IMG/VR virus record: IMGVR_UViG_3300035694_000088
Strand: one strand, 5' to 3'
Source: a virus
Length of the DNA stretch: 27,953 bases
Below the pieces are notes generated by a model, which was not told where the DNA came from, searched no databases, and was given only the letters and a program-made list of their open reading frames with translations. The position numbers and the translations under genes were made by a program. Of the stretch, positions 15,749 through 23,572 are shown one piece after another; positions within the stretch are counted from its first letter, which is position 1, and the number at the start of each line of letters is the position of its first letter.

Positions 15749-16539
15749 GACGCTCTCCCCGTCAGCAATGGAAGCGGGACGTTCGTCCCGCGCGGCGCGA
15801 ACACCGGGCACGACCTGCGCACCGGGCACGTCGCGCACACCTCCCCCGGGGTCGGCTCGAACTCTCGATCTTGCGCGAACTCCCGTGCCGAATCAGCGAC
15901 CGCGACCGCCGCGTCGAACGCCGCAGCCCGATCCAACGGCGCCGACACCGCCACCGCCGCGTTGATCGAAGCGATCTCCACCGCCACCCGGGTGGTGTCG
16001 AACGTGCGGGCCGCGCACAGCGCACCGACACCGAGCTGGCGATTGTCGGCCAGCTCGTGACGCCGGGGCAACTCCGAGGACGACTTCCAGTCCCGCACAG
16101 TGACCGTGCCGTCGCGGCGGTACACCACATCAGCCCGGTAAACGATCACCACTCCGTCGACCGTGATAGTCATCTCGTGCTCCACACCGAGCACCCGGTC
16201 GCGCGCCTGGGGCCCCAAATGCGCCAACGCGCGAATGGCCGTGGTGTACGCCTCGTCGGCGTCCCAGGAGTCCATCGCCGACGCCTGCGCGGCCTCGGTC
16301 ACTGCGATGCTGACCGCCGACTGCAACCCCCGACGCACCGCGCCGGGCGTCACCCTCGTGTAGTCCCGCCCGTGGGCATCGAGGTAGGAGTACCCGGCGG
16401 CCATCCCGGCGTGCAACACAATGCCCCGACTGTTCGACGCCTGGGTGTCGCGGGGCACATCCGGCAGCCTCATCAGCCACGCCTTGCGGGGGCACTCCCG
16501 GTAGGCGCGGTGCGCCGACACCGACCAGCGCGGCATCAC
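15745..16539 (-). CDS. PD-(D/E)XK nuclease, RecB/AddB/Cas4-like with Fe-S staple cysteines
   Basis: WSVS....Y..CPRK, G..LH, VEH, RADVV...VRDWKS, QL, and C-terminal CATCPVRRSC. Confidence 0.85.
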   Translation of the reverse strand: MMPRWSVSAHRAYRECPRKAWLMRLPDVPRDTQASNSRGIVLHAGMAAGYSYLDAHGRDYTRVTPGAVRRGLQSAVSIAVTEAAQASAMDSWDADEAYTTAIRALAHLGPQARDRVLGVEHEMTITVDGVVIVYRADVVYRRDGTVTVRDWKSSSELPRRHELADNRQLGVGALCAARTFDTTRVAVEIASINAAVAVSAPLDRAAAFDAAVAVADSAREFAQDREFEPTPGEVCATCPVRRSCPVFAPRGTNVPLPLLTGRAS

Positions 16540-16889
16540 GTGATCGCCCAGTGGTGCGTGTCGAGGTAGCCCGACTTCTCGGTGAACACGCCTCGATGCG
16601 GGATGCCGATCTCGCTGTGATCAGCGTCGAGAACGCACTCGTAGACGCGCCCGGCCAGGGTCTTCCAGCGGGGCGACCCGTCGGGCAGCTTCTCCTCGTG
16701 CGGCATGCACGTCGCGGTGCAGCGTGGCACCGAGGGGTCCATCCGCTCCCCGTGCCCACCGTCGGAACCCCACGTCAGGTTGCACGACTCGCAGTCGTAC
16801 GCGCCGTCGTTGGGATTGGTCTCCAAGCCGCACAAGGGGCAGTCGGGGGCGCGGAACTCAAGATCGGGCAGGGTCGGTTCAACGGACAT
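16536..16889 (-). CDS. Zn-ribbon hypothetical protein
   Basis: CPLC and CESC pairs plus further C/H residues. RBS AGAAGG. Confidence 0.65.
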   Translation of the reverse strand: MSVEPTLPDLEFRAPDCPLCGLETNPNDGAYDCESCNLTWGSDGGHGERMDPSVPRCTATCMPHEEKLPDGSPRWKTLAGRVYECVLDADHSEIGIPHRGVFTEKSGYLDTHHWAIT

Positions 16890-17127
16890 AAGGAGTCGCC
16901 TTCTCTACGGGCAGGGCCTGGAACAGGCCCATGCCGGGGATGGGATCGTGACCGGTGGGCGCCTCGACGGGGGTCAGGCCGCCGCGACGGCGAAACTCGA
17001 TGATCAGGGCTCGGATCACGGTGATCTCGTCATCACTGGACATGGACAGGTCCCGTTCGAGCTGCTCGATAACACCCCGCAGCACCGCGCGGCGCGCGGC
17101 GCGCAACCTGTTGCGTCTGCTCGCCAT
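16879..17127 (-). CDS. Hypothetical protein
   Basis: TGATG-coupled start at 17127 (MASRRNRL). Confidence 0.6.
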   Translation of the reverse strand: MASRRNRLRAARRAVLRGVIEQLERDLSMSSDDEITVIRALIIEFRRRGGLTPVEAPTGHDPIPGMGLFQALPVEKATPYVR

Positions 17128-17636
17128 CAGATGGCGCCCAGGACCAGCAGCAGGGGCTCGACGTCGGCCCACACGCGTTCGGGGACACCGCGACTCAACG
17201 GCACATACCGAGTGGCGTTGATCTTCGCTACGGCCTTGCGCTCAGCGGTCACCTGGTACTGAAACGCCCACGTGCGCGCACCGATGTTGACCAGCAGGAT
17301 CCTGTCGCAGTCAGCCAGGCCACCCTCGATGCGGCAGATCTTCACCCGATAAGTCATGCCGTTGCCACCCGGTCGCCAATCCCGCCACCCCGAACGCGCG
17401 TGCAACAGAGTCAGCTCCGGATCGCGCGACAGCAGGTCTTCGACGTGGGCTTGATGCAGGCAGGTGGCCGCGCGTCTACCACCGTTGGTCGGCGCCACCG
17501 GCAGGTCGGGGACTTCCCACCCGCACTCGCACCCCACCGTGGTGGCGTAGGCGTGAAACCCGCCGTGGTGGGCGACGCCCAGGTCGCGGCGACCGATGCG
17601 CTCGGTGTGCCCAGCGAGCACGTCGCGGCGCTTCAC
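17127..17636 (-). CDS. Hypothetical protein (CECGW...H...H motif)
   Basis: GTGA coupling. C2H2-like residue pattern. Confidence 0.6.
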   Translation of the reverse strand: MKRRDVLAGHTERIGRRDLGVAHHGGFHAYATTVGCECGWEVPDLPVAPTNGGRRAATCLHQAHVEDLLSRDPELTLLHARSGWRDWRPGGNGMTYRVKICRIEGGLADCDRILLVNIGARTWAFQYQVTAERKAVAKINATRYVPLSRGVPERVWADVEPLLLVLGAI

Positions 17637-18166
17637 CGCTGCCCCTCCGGCTTAATCCCGGACTCCTCCAGGGCCTCGCGGGCGGCGTAGTACTCCGACA
17701 GCTTCACCGGGATCAGGTGCTCACCGGGGTTCGGGTGCTCGCATCCCCAGGTGAGGTAGATGGCGCCCGGGGTGGCGATCAGGCCCATGGTGTAGCGGCG
17801 GCCGTGGTCGACCATCAGGAACGTGGTCTCGACACCGAGCGCGGCGAACACCGCAGTCAGTCTCGGCCGAGCGTCCAACGTCGACGCAGCGGCACGCCAC
17901 GGGTCACCCGCACGGCCCCGTGCAGGGACCAACCACTCCCGGCCACGAGCGCGGGACAGGCCAGCGGGGACGTCCCCGCCAGGATCGGTGAAGCCCAGCA
18001 GTTGGATGTTTCCGAACATCGAACGGGTCCACATCGACACCGTGTCAGGGTGGGCGTCATCCCAAGGCTTCATCACCGTCTCGTACCACCGCACGCATTC
18101 CCGCTCATGCGCGCGCAGCGCGGCGGCCAGCTCGTCACTGGCACGGTAAGCGAACTTGTCAGGCAT
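17633..18166 (-). CDS. Hypothetical phage protein
   Basis: ATG 18166 follows AGGAGG and motif copy C. C-terminal LSEYYA.RE. Confidence 0.7.
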   Translation of the reverse strand: MPDKFAYRASDELAAALRAHERECVRWYETVMKPWDDAHPDTVSMWTRSMFGNIQLLGFTDPGGDVPAGLSRARGREWLVPARGRAGDPWRAAASTLDARPRLTAVFAALGVETTFLMVDHGRRYTMGLIATPGAIYLTWGCEHPNPGEHLIPVKLSEYYAAREALEESGIKPEGQR

Positions 18167-18185
18167 CAGGCATCCTCCTAGTAGG

Positions 18186-18211
18186 CCGGAACGGGACCTA
18201 CCGTACCACAC
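18186..18211 (-). promoter_or_regulatory. Repeated phage promoter-like motif, copy C
   Basis: GTGTGG-TACGGT-AGGTCCC-GTTCCGG in an intergenic gap before AGGAGG. Confidence 0.75.
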
Positions 18212-18214
18212 GGA

Positions 18215-18490
18215 TCAGACCACTCGCTTCCGCCCGTAGGCACCCCGACGACGCCCCGACGCCCGCGCCACCGGCACCTCCACCGCCCCACCCTCATAAA
18301 CCTCCATCGCCCGAGGGATACACGGCAGATGCACATACCCGTGCACCGGATGGCGCCACACCGACATCCGGTCACACACGATGCACCGCCCCAACGGGCC
18401 CGGATCCTCCAGCACCGCCAGCCACAACAACACCTCAATCGGGCCAGTCACATCGACCACCCCGCCACCACTACCAACCCACTCACTCAT
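18215..18490 (-). CDS. Hypothetical protein (CIVC...H..C motif)
   Basis: ATG 18490 (MSEWVGS) overlaps the primase stop at 18483. Confidence 0.55.
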   Translation of the reverse strand: MSEWVGSGGGVVDVTGPIEVLLWLAVLEDPGPLGRCIVCDRMSVWRHPVHGYVHLPCIPRAMEVYEGGAVEVPVARASGRRRGAYGRKRVV

Positions 18491-20693
18491 GAGACGGGAT
18501 CTTCCGGACATTACTACTATGATCCGCCTTATCCCGATCAGCCGCCCGCTCCACAGTCGCCGCCCACAACTCGTCCCCCAACAACCCAGGCGGAACGCGC
18601 ACCCACGGCGCCGTATCGTGCACCGTCCGATACCCCTCAGCAATCGCCATCTGCGCTCGAACCAAACAACGCAGATCCTCCAACGTGTCCTCAAGAACAA
18701 CACCATCAGGCGCCGCATGCCCCAACCGTTTAATGGAATCCCGAACACTCGTCAACGGCACCCACAACTCCGCCCCGTCATTAACCCACGGGTCACGCGT
18801 CGACACCGCCGTCGAAAACTTCCCCGAACCCGTCGCCAACCGCAGCAACTCCACAATGCCCCACGTCACAAGCCGCGCCGGGGTACCCGTATCCACCTGC
18901 TGAGCCAACCGGCAGAACAACCGGTACCCCCCCGGGCTGGTCCCCCAATCCCGGGCGACCGTCGTGAACAAACTCAAATCCCCACTCTCGAAATACCCCG
19001 CCACCTTCGCCCGATCCTTCCACCCAGCCTTAGGGTGCCACCGAGTCCGGGCGCGCGTATTAGGCGCCCACTTACCACCACAAACAACATCGGTCTCCGT
19101 GCGCAGCAACCACACCCGCATCTCATTAACCTCCGGCATGTGACGCTCCTCGATACCGATCACCCGCACCTCCCCCTGCGGGAAACCCAACATCGCGCTC
19201 AACCCCTTGTAGGCGTCCTCCTGCGCGGGCGTCGGTGGCGGCGTGCCCGACGGGATGTCGTCCTGCCACGTCGCGGCCGGGACAGCGGCGGCCGGTGACT
19301 CCGACACCACCGGAGGCACCATCCGCAGCACCGGGCGTATCGGCGTCGTACCGGCGTCATCAGTGAGATCTCCCGGCTCGTCGACCTCAGGCGGCTCGCC
19401 CTCGTCGAGCGGCTCGTCCGGGCCCGGATCCTCATCGACGACCACCGGCGCGGGCGCGGCAGTCAACTCTGACAGCACCGCCCCCAGCTTCTCCTCAGCG
19501 GCCAGACTCGCCTGCGCCTTCGCCTCCTCCGCCCGAATCGCGGTGACCACCTTGCCGACCGTCATCTCCAGGTAGGTTGTGCGGTGCGCCGGATTGACCT
19601 TGTCCAGCTTCTTGCCCTCACAGCGCCGCAACCGGCGACACATGATTGCCTGGCACGCATCCGACGGGCTCAACCGCCACTTCAGCAGCGCCCGAGCCAA
19701 CCCCATGTCGATCGCCGACTCGTCACACCCGTACTGGCCGTCACGCTCACCGCGCCACAACGCCTCAAGCTCCGGGGCGAGGTTCTGCTCGAAAATGTAG
19801 GCCAACCACGGCGGCTCGTGCTCCGGGAACGCCATCGACTGCGCCCACAAAGCAACCAAATCAACCCCGGCCATGTCCCCGGTCAAAACGTCATGATTGA
19901 ACCGCAACGGCGCGAGCAGCTTCTCCGGCATCAACACCGCCGTGAAATCCTCGACGTCATAAACCCGCGACGCGTCGCACTCCAACATCACCACCTCGCG
20001 GTGGTCATCGGGCACCTTGCGGTTATACGAACCCGGGCAGCGCACCAACCTCGACGGGTCACTGACCGGATCCACATGGAACCCGCCCAGCTCGCGGCCA
20101 CGGATCTGAAAGGACTTCACCCACGACCACGCCAAATCCTCACCGGCCGCCCGGTCAGCGTCGATGCGGGTGTCGTCGATGACCGGCACACCGTCGTCGT
20201 CGAAATCGACACAGCCGTAAATGAACGGCTGCCGCAACCGCCAATGCGCCTGCAATCCGTGCCCGGTATTGACCAGCACCGTCGGCGGCAATCCGACCGA
20301 GGCGATCAGCTTGCGGGCCGTAGCCATATCGGGGCACAGTTTCATCCGGGAATCGGCATGCCCACCCCCGGCGATGTCGATGTCAATCCACAGCCACACC
20401 AATCCGTCGACGTTGTCCTTGGTCAAGCGATGCGGGAACTTGCCTGCTGGGCCGATCGCGCGGGGGCCGCGCGTGAGACCTACCCCGACGTAGACCCCCA
20501 GTGTGGTGGCACCCCCAGTCGCCAGGGTGATCGCCGACGCGAGGCTGTCCGCCGTAGCAGGCAGCCACCGCGTCGACGGTCCCGAGGCGCCCGATGTGAA
20601 AGTGCTCAGCGTGAGCTGAAGCCCCTTGCACATCTCGCCGTGATCGCCGAGCAGCGCCGCCGCGAAGGCTTGCGCTGACTCGGCAGGGGTCAC
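18483..20693 (-). CDS. RepB'-like archaeo-eukaryotic primase with helical bundle and unknown C-terminal domain
   Basis: LWIDID, PPTVLVNTGHGLQAHWRL and DPSRLVRCPGSYN AEP motifs; DESAID...YL..TV.K helix-bundle pattern; acidic Pro-rich linker. Confidence 0.82.
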   Translation of the reverse strand: MTPAESAQAFAAALLGDHGEMCKGLQLTLSTFTSGASGPSTRWLPATADSLASAITLATGGATTLGVYVGVGLTRGPRAIGPAGKFPHRLTKDNVDGLVWLWIDIDIAGGGHADSRMKLCPDMATARKLIASVGLPPTVLVNTGHGLQAHWRLRQPFIYGCVDFDDDGVPVIDDTRIDADRAAGEDLAWSWVKSFQIRGRELGGFHVDPVSDPSRLVRCPGSYNRKVPDDHREVVMLECDASRVYDVEDFTAVLMPEKLLAPLRFNHDVLTGDMAGVDLVALWAQSMAFPEHEPPWLAYIFEQNLAPELEALWRGERDGQYGCDESAIDMGLARALLKWRLSPSDACQAIMCRRLRRCEGKKLDKVNPAHRTTYLEMTVGKVVTAIRAEEAKAQASLAAEEKLGAVLSELTAAPAPVVVDEDPGPDEPLDEGEPPEVDEPGDLTDDAGTTPIRPVLRMVPPVVSESPAAAVPAATWQDDIPSGTPPPTPAQEDAYKGLSAMLGFPQGEVRVIGIEERHMPEVNEMRVWLLRTETDVVCGGKWAPNTRARTRWHPKAGWKDRAKVAGYFESGDLSLFTTVARDWGTSPGGYRLFCRLAQQVDTGTPARLVTWGIVELLRLATGSGKFSTAVSTRDPWVNDGAELWVPLTSVRDSIKRLGHAAPDGVVLEDTLEDLRCLVRAQMAIAEGYRTVHDTAPWVRVPPGLLGDELWAATVERAADRDKADHSSNVRKIPSHE

Positions 20694-21601
20694 GGCCCGT
20701 CAGTCCCGTGGTCGGCGAAGTCGCCGCCGAGACCATCATCGGGGTTCTCCTCGGCGCGGGCCTGACCGGTGACCAGATCCATGATCGCCTGATCACCGAG
20801 CAGCTTCTCGAAGCCCTGGGAGAACGCCATCGCGCGAGCGGCCGGGGAACCCGGAATCGGGCCACCCTGCACTCGTGACCGGGCACCCTCCAGCACCCCG
20901 ATCAGGCGCGGCTCCAACGTCGCCCACTTCGTGCCGTTGCGTTCCTGACGCTTCAGCGATAGGCCGATCTCGAACGCGCTGTAGTGCATCATGTGACGCA
21001 CCGACAGCGGGATCATGAACGACTGCAACGGGTCCAGGCTCGTCGGCGGCGCTGAGATCATGATCGGCAGAAGCTCCCCGGGCTGACTGACGAACAACAA
21101 CCGGCGCTCCGCGCACGCCTGACCCTTACCGCCCCCAGGCTTCAGCGTGCTCCCGAACTTGCTCATCGGGCACGTGGCGCACTTCCCACCCGGGTTGAGG
21201 TGAGCGTTGGACCCGTCAGGGCCGTACATCCCATCCCGAATGGGGGTCTTGCCGTCGGGGGACGAACAATCCGGGGGCTCCCCGGTCAGCGACCCGTCCT
21301 CAGTGGGAATCCAGAAGACCCGAGCGGCCTTCCAGTAGGCCAGCGTGCACACGATCTCCTGGGTCATCACCGGCTTGCCGTCGACGGCCAGCGGGTCGGG
21401 GATCTCCCACGCGGTGGAGCCACCTGCGGGCATGGGCACCCGGATCAGGTTGTTCAGGCTCAGCCCACCGTCACCGACGTTCTCGGTGAGCACCTCTACC
21501 AGGGCGTCCATGCTGAAGTCCTCAGACAACGCCGGGTACCGGTCATGGTCGACCAGCGCCAACCCCCCGGGGCCCGTCTTCACTGCCACAGTTCCTGCCA
21601 T
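20690..21601 (-). CDS. Conserved phage replication-module protein, putative Zn-binding ssDNA-binding protein
   Basis: PDCSSPDG, CATCP..KFGS, GKGQAC..RRL and PPTSL motifs, plus an acidic C-terminal tail. Located just upstream of the primase; RBS GGAGGAG. Confidence 0.6.
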   Translation of the reverse strand: MAGTVAVKTGPGGLALVDHDRYPALSEDFSMDALVEVLTENVGDGGLSLNNLIRVPMPAGGSTAWEIPDPLAVDGKPVMTQEIVCTLAYWKAARVFWIPTEDGSLTGEPPDCSSPDGKTPIRDGMYGPDGSNAHLNPGGKCATCPMSKFGSTLKPGGGKGQACAERRLLFVSQPGELLPIMISAPPTSLDPLQSFMIPLSVRHMMHYSAFEIGLSLKRQERNGTKWATLEPRLIGVLEGARSRVQGGPIPGSPAARAMAFSQGFEKLLGDQAIMDLVTGQARAEENPDDGLGGDFADHGTDGP

Positions 21602-21675
21602 GAAAGATCACCACTCCTCCCGTTGCCCGCACCCGACCGTGTTGTCGAACGCGGATTTATCACCACCACCAGCTC

Positions 21676-21704
21676 GACGCGGGAGCGTTCAGCTTGCCCG
21701 CGCC
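21676..21704 (-). other. Intergenic hairpin (possible attenuator or processing site)
   Basis: Minus strand reads GGCGCGGG-CA-AGC-tgaac-GCT-CCCGCGTC, 8 nt after the upstream stop. Confidence 0.35.
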
Positions 21705-21712
21705 GGACATCA

Positions 21713-22339
21713 TCAGTCGGCAGACGCGCCGCTAAGAACCGAAGACCGCCCGCCCTTGAGCAACGCTCGTGCCCGCGACGGGCGCGGGCTGGTGAACGCG
21801 ATAGACCACTTGTTACGCCCCACCAGCACCTCGGCGACGTGCGGCGGCAGCGGCTCGTTGTTCTCCTCCAGGCGCCGCGCCCACGCCGAGATCTGCTGAA
21901 CGTTGTAGCCCTCCGGGGAGATCAACTCGTCGAGCTTGTCAGCGCGCAACGCTTCGACGACCTGCGTGTTCGTGACGTCCTCGTTGGCCTTTTTCAGCCA
22001 CAAGGTGGAGCGCACGGTGGCCCGGCGCCCGTCGAGGTCAAGGGCGGCGACCCCGGCCGCCGCGTACTGCTCGACCAGCACGGCCTCGGCCGCGTCGATC
22101 AGCACGCCCAGTTCGTCATAGCGACGATTGGCGGCCTTGCGTTCTTGCTTCCACGCGTCGACCTGCCGCACGAGCTCCGGGTCGACCTCGACGACCTTCT
22201 CGCCGGTCTCGGGGAGCACTGGGGCGGCGTCGGGGGCGGCGTCGAGCGGAGCCAGGCCCTTCGACCGACGGTACTCAGGGTCAGTGAGCAGTCGCAGCTT
22301 GTGATCACTAAACGATGCGGGGGTGCCGAAATTGGCCAT
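21713..22339 (-). CDS. Conserved phage coiled-coil protein of the replication module
   Basis: Coiled-coil segment followed by G....LDG..AT and N.Q.I.AW.R...E...P.P. RBS GAGGAGG. Confidence 0.65.
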   Translation of the reverse strand: MANFGTPASFSDHKLRLLTDPEYRRSKGLAPLDAAPDAAPVLPETGEKVVEVDPELVRQVDAWKQERKAANRRYDELGVLIDAAEAVLVEQYAAAGVAALDLDGRRATVRSTLWLKKANEDVTNTQVVEALRADKLDELISPEGYNVQQISAWARRLEENNEPLPPHVAEVLVGRNKWSIAFTSPRPSRARALLKGGRSSVLSGASAD

Positions 22340-22365
22340 TGGGGGCCTCCTCGTGACAGAACGAA

Positions 22366-22391
22366 CCGGAACGGAGGCCAGCCTACCACAC
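22366..22391 (-). promoter_or_regulatory. Repeated phage promoter-like motif, copy D
   Basis: GTGTGG-TAGGCT-GGCCTCC-GTTCCGG in an intergenic gap. Confidence 0.75.
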
Positions 22392-23245
22392 TAAGTAGTG
22401 ACTGGCACCCGGGGTACCAACGGCCAGCAGCCAACCGCACTGGCCTCTACCCGGTCGGCGGCAGCCGGGAGGCCAGCGATCCAGGCTTCGGCCTCCTCGC
22501 GGGTCATCTCCCCGCGCGAGACCTTCTCCCAGGTCTTCGCCACCGCCTTCGGAGTACGCCAGTAACTCGCCAACGAAAGCTGATCAGCCTCATGCCAACG
22601 CACCTGTGCATCGTGCAAGGCGCGAGCGTCTCCAGTCGCCACCAACGCGCGGGCGTGCCGCTCCGCCGAGCTCGGACCGTATCGACCGCGCGGCCACCGG
22701 CGGCACTTGCCGAGCTTCCAGGCCAGTCGTGCCGCCGCAACCGCATCTGCCGCAGCCTCGTGAGCGTCCGGCAACTCGATCCCCCAGTGCCTGCACATGT
22801 CGGCCAGCTTGCGCGACCCCGGCCGGTACTTGTCGCAATTCTTGTCCACTATCAGAACGTCGATCATCGGACCGGCGACCGACAATTCGCTGCCGAGATG
22901 CCTACCGAGCTCGCGGTCTGTCAGCGACAGATCGTAGGAACCATTCGAGGTAACCAGTGGCGAGTCCGGCGTCCAGTACGCCGATAGCAGTTCCGAAATC
23001 TCCTCGAACGCCCGAGCAGGCTCCATTCCCTCAGCTCGGACACGCTCGGTGGGGTAGCCGTGAATCCTCGCCGCCTCGTCAGGCACGGCAACGCCAGGGT
23101 CGATCACCCAACGGTTGACCACCAGATCCTTACCGGGACGGACCTGCACTAGAGCGGCGGTGACGGCCAAGTCCACCTCTATGTCGACACCGGTAGTCTC
23201 CAGGTCGAAGGCCAAGAGGGGACCATCCGCCCAGTGTCCAGTCAC
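22391..23245 (-). CDS. DnaQ-like DEDDh 3'-5' exonuclease
   Basis: AFDLETTG (ExoI), SNGSYD (ExoII) and AHEAAADA (ExoIII). GTGA-coupled start at 23245. Confidence 0.9.
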   Translation of the reverse strand: MTGHWADGPLLAFDLETTGVDIEVDLAVTAALVQVRPGKDLVVNRWVIDPGVAVPDEAARIHGYPTERVRAEGMEPARAFEEISELLSAYWTPDSPLVTSNGSYDLSLTDRELGRHLGSELSVAGPMIDVLIVDKNCDKYRPGSRKLADMCRHWGIELPDAHEAAADAVAAARLAWKLGKCRRWPRGRYGPSSAERHARALVATGDARALHDAQVRWHEADQLSLASYWRTPKAVAKTWEKVSRGEMTREEAEAWIAGLPAAADRVEASAVGCWPLVPRVPVTT

Positions 23246-23511
23246 TTGCGCCTCCGGTAATGCGCCGCGTCGACACACGTAGCGAAATGCGACCGGTACA
23301 GCGCCCCATGCGTAGCCAACACCGCCGCGCGCCGCGCCTTCGGCACCACCTCCACCCGCAGCACATCACCCCGCCAGCGCACCCGCAGCATCCCCTCAGG
23401 ATGCGGATCGGCGTCCACCGGCATCTGCGCGTTGTTCGCCGTCGTCGCGAACATGATCCGCGCGTTGCACTTCGGTGACGTACACACCGTCACATTGCCC
23501 ACCGCTGGCAC
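23242..23511 (-). CDS. Conserved small phage protein (C..C...MPVD..P...SHF.TC)
   Basis: GTG 23511 follows GGGAGG. Contains CTSPKC, MPVDADP and SHFATC. Confidence 0.7.
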   Translation of the reverse strand: MPAVGNVTVCTSPKCNARIMFATTANNAQMPVDADPHPEGMLRVRWRGDVLRVEVVPKARRAAVLATHGALYRSHFATCVDAAHYRRRK

Positions 23512-23533
23512 AACCAACCTCCCCGACACGAGC

Positions 23534-23559
23534 CCGGAACGGTCCACAGTCTACCGCAC
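23534..23559 (-). promoter_or_regulatory. Repeated phage promoter-like motif, copy E
   Basis: GTGCGG-TAGACT-GTGGACC-GTTCCGG in an intergenic gap before GGGGAGG. Confidence 0.72.
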
Positions 23560-23572
23560 CACCCCGACCGTC

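Noticed and set aside
15745-16539. Cas4-like nuclease as evidence of CRISPR-Cas
   Set aside because: No repeat-spacer array or other cas genes are present, and stand-alone Cas4-like nucleases are common in phages.
21200-22987. 595-aa plus-strand ORF and other long + ORFs (18381-19298, 19584-20678, 26627-27562)
   Set aside because: These are antisense shadows of well-supported minus-strand genes in high-GC DNA. They are Arg/Pro/His-rich with no motifs.
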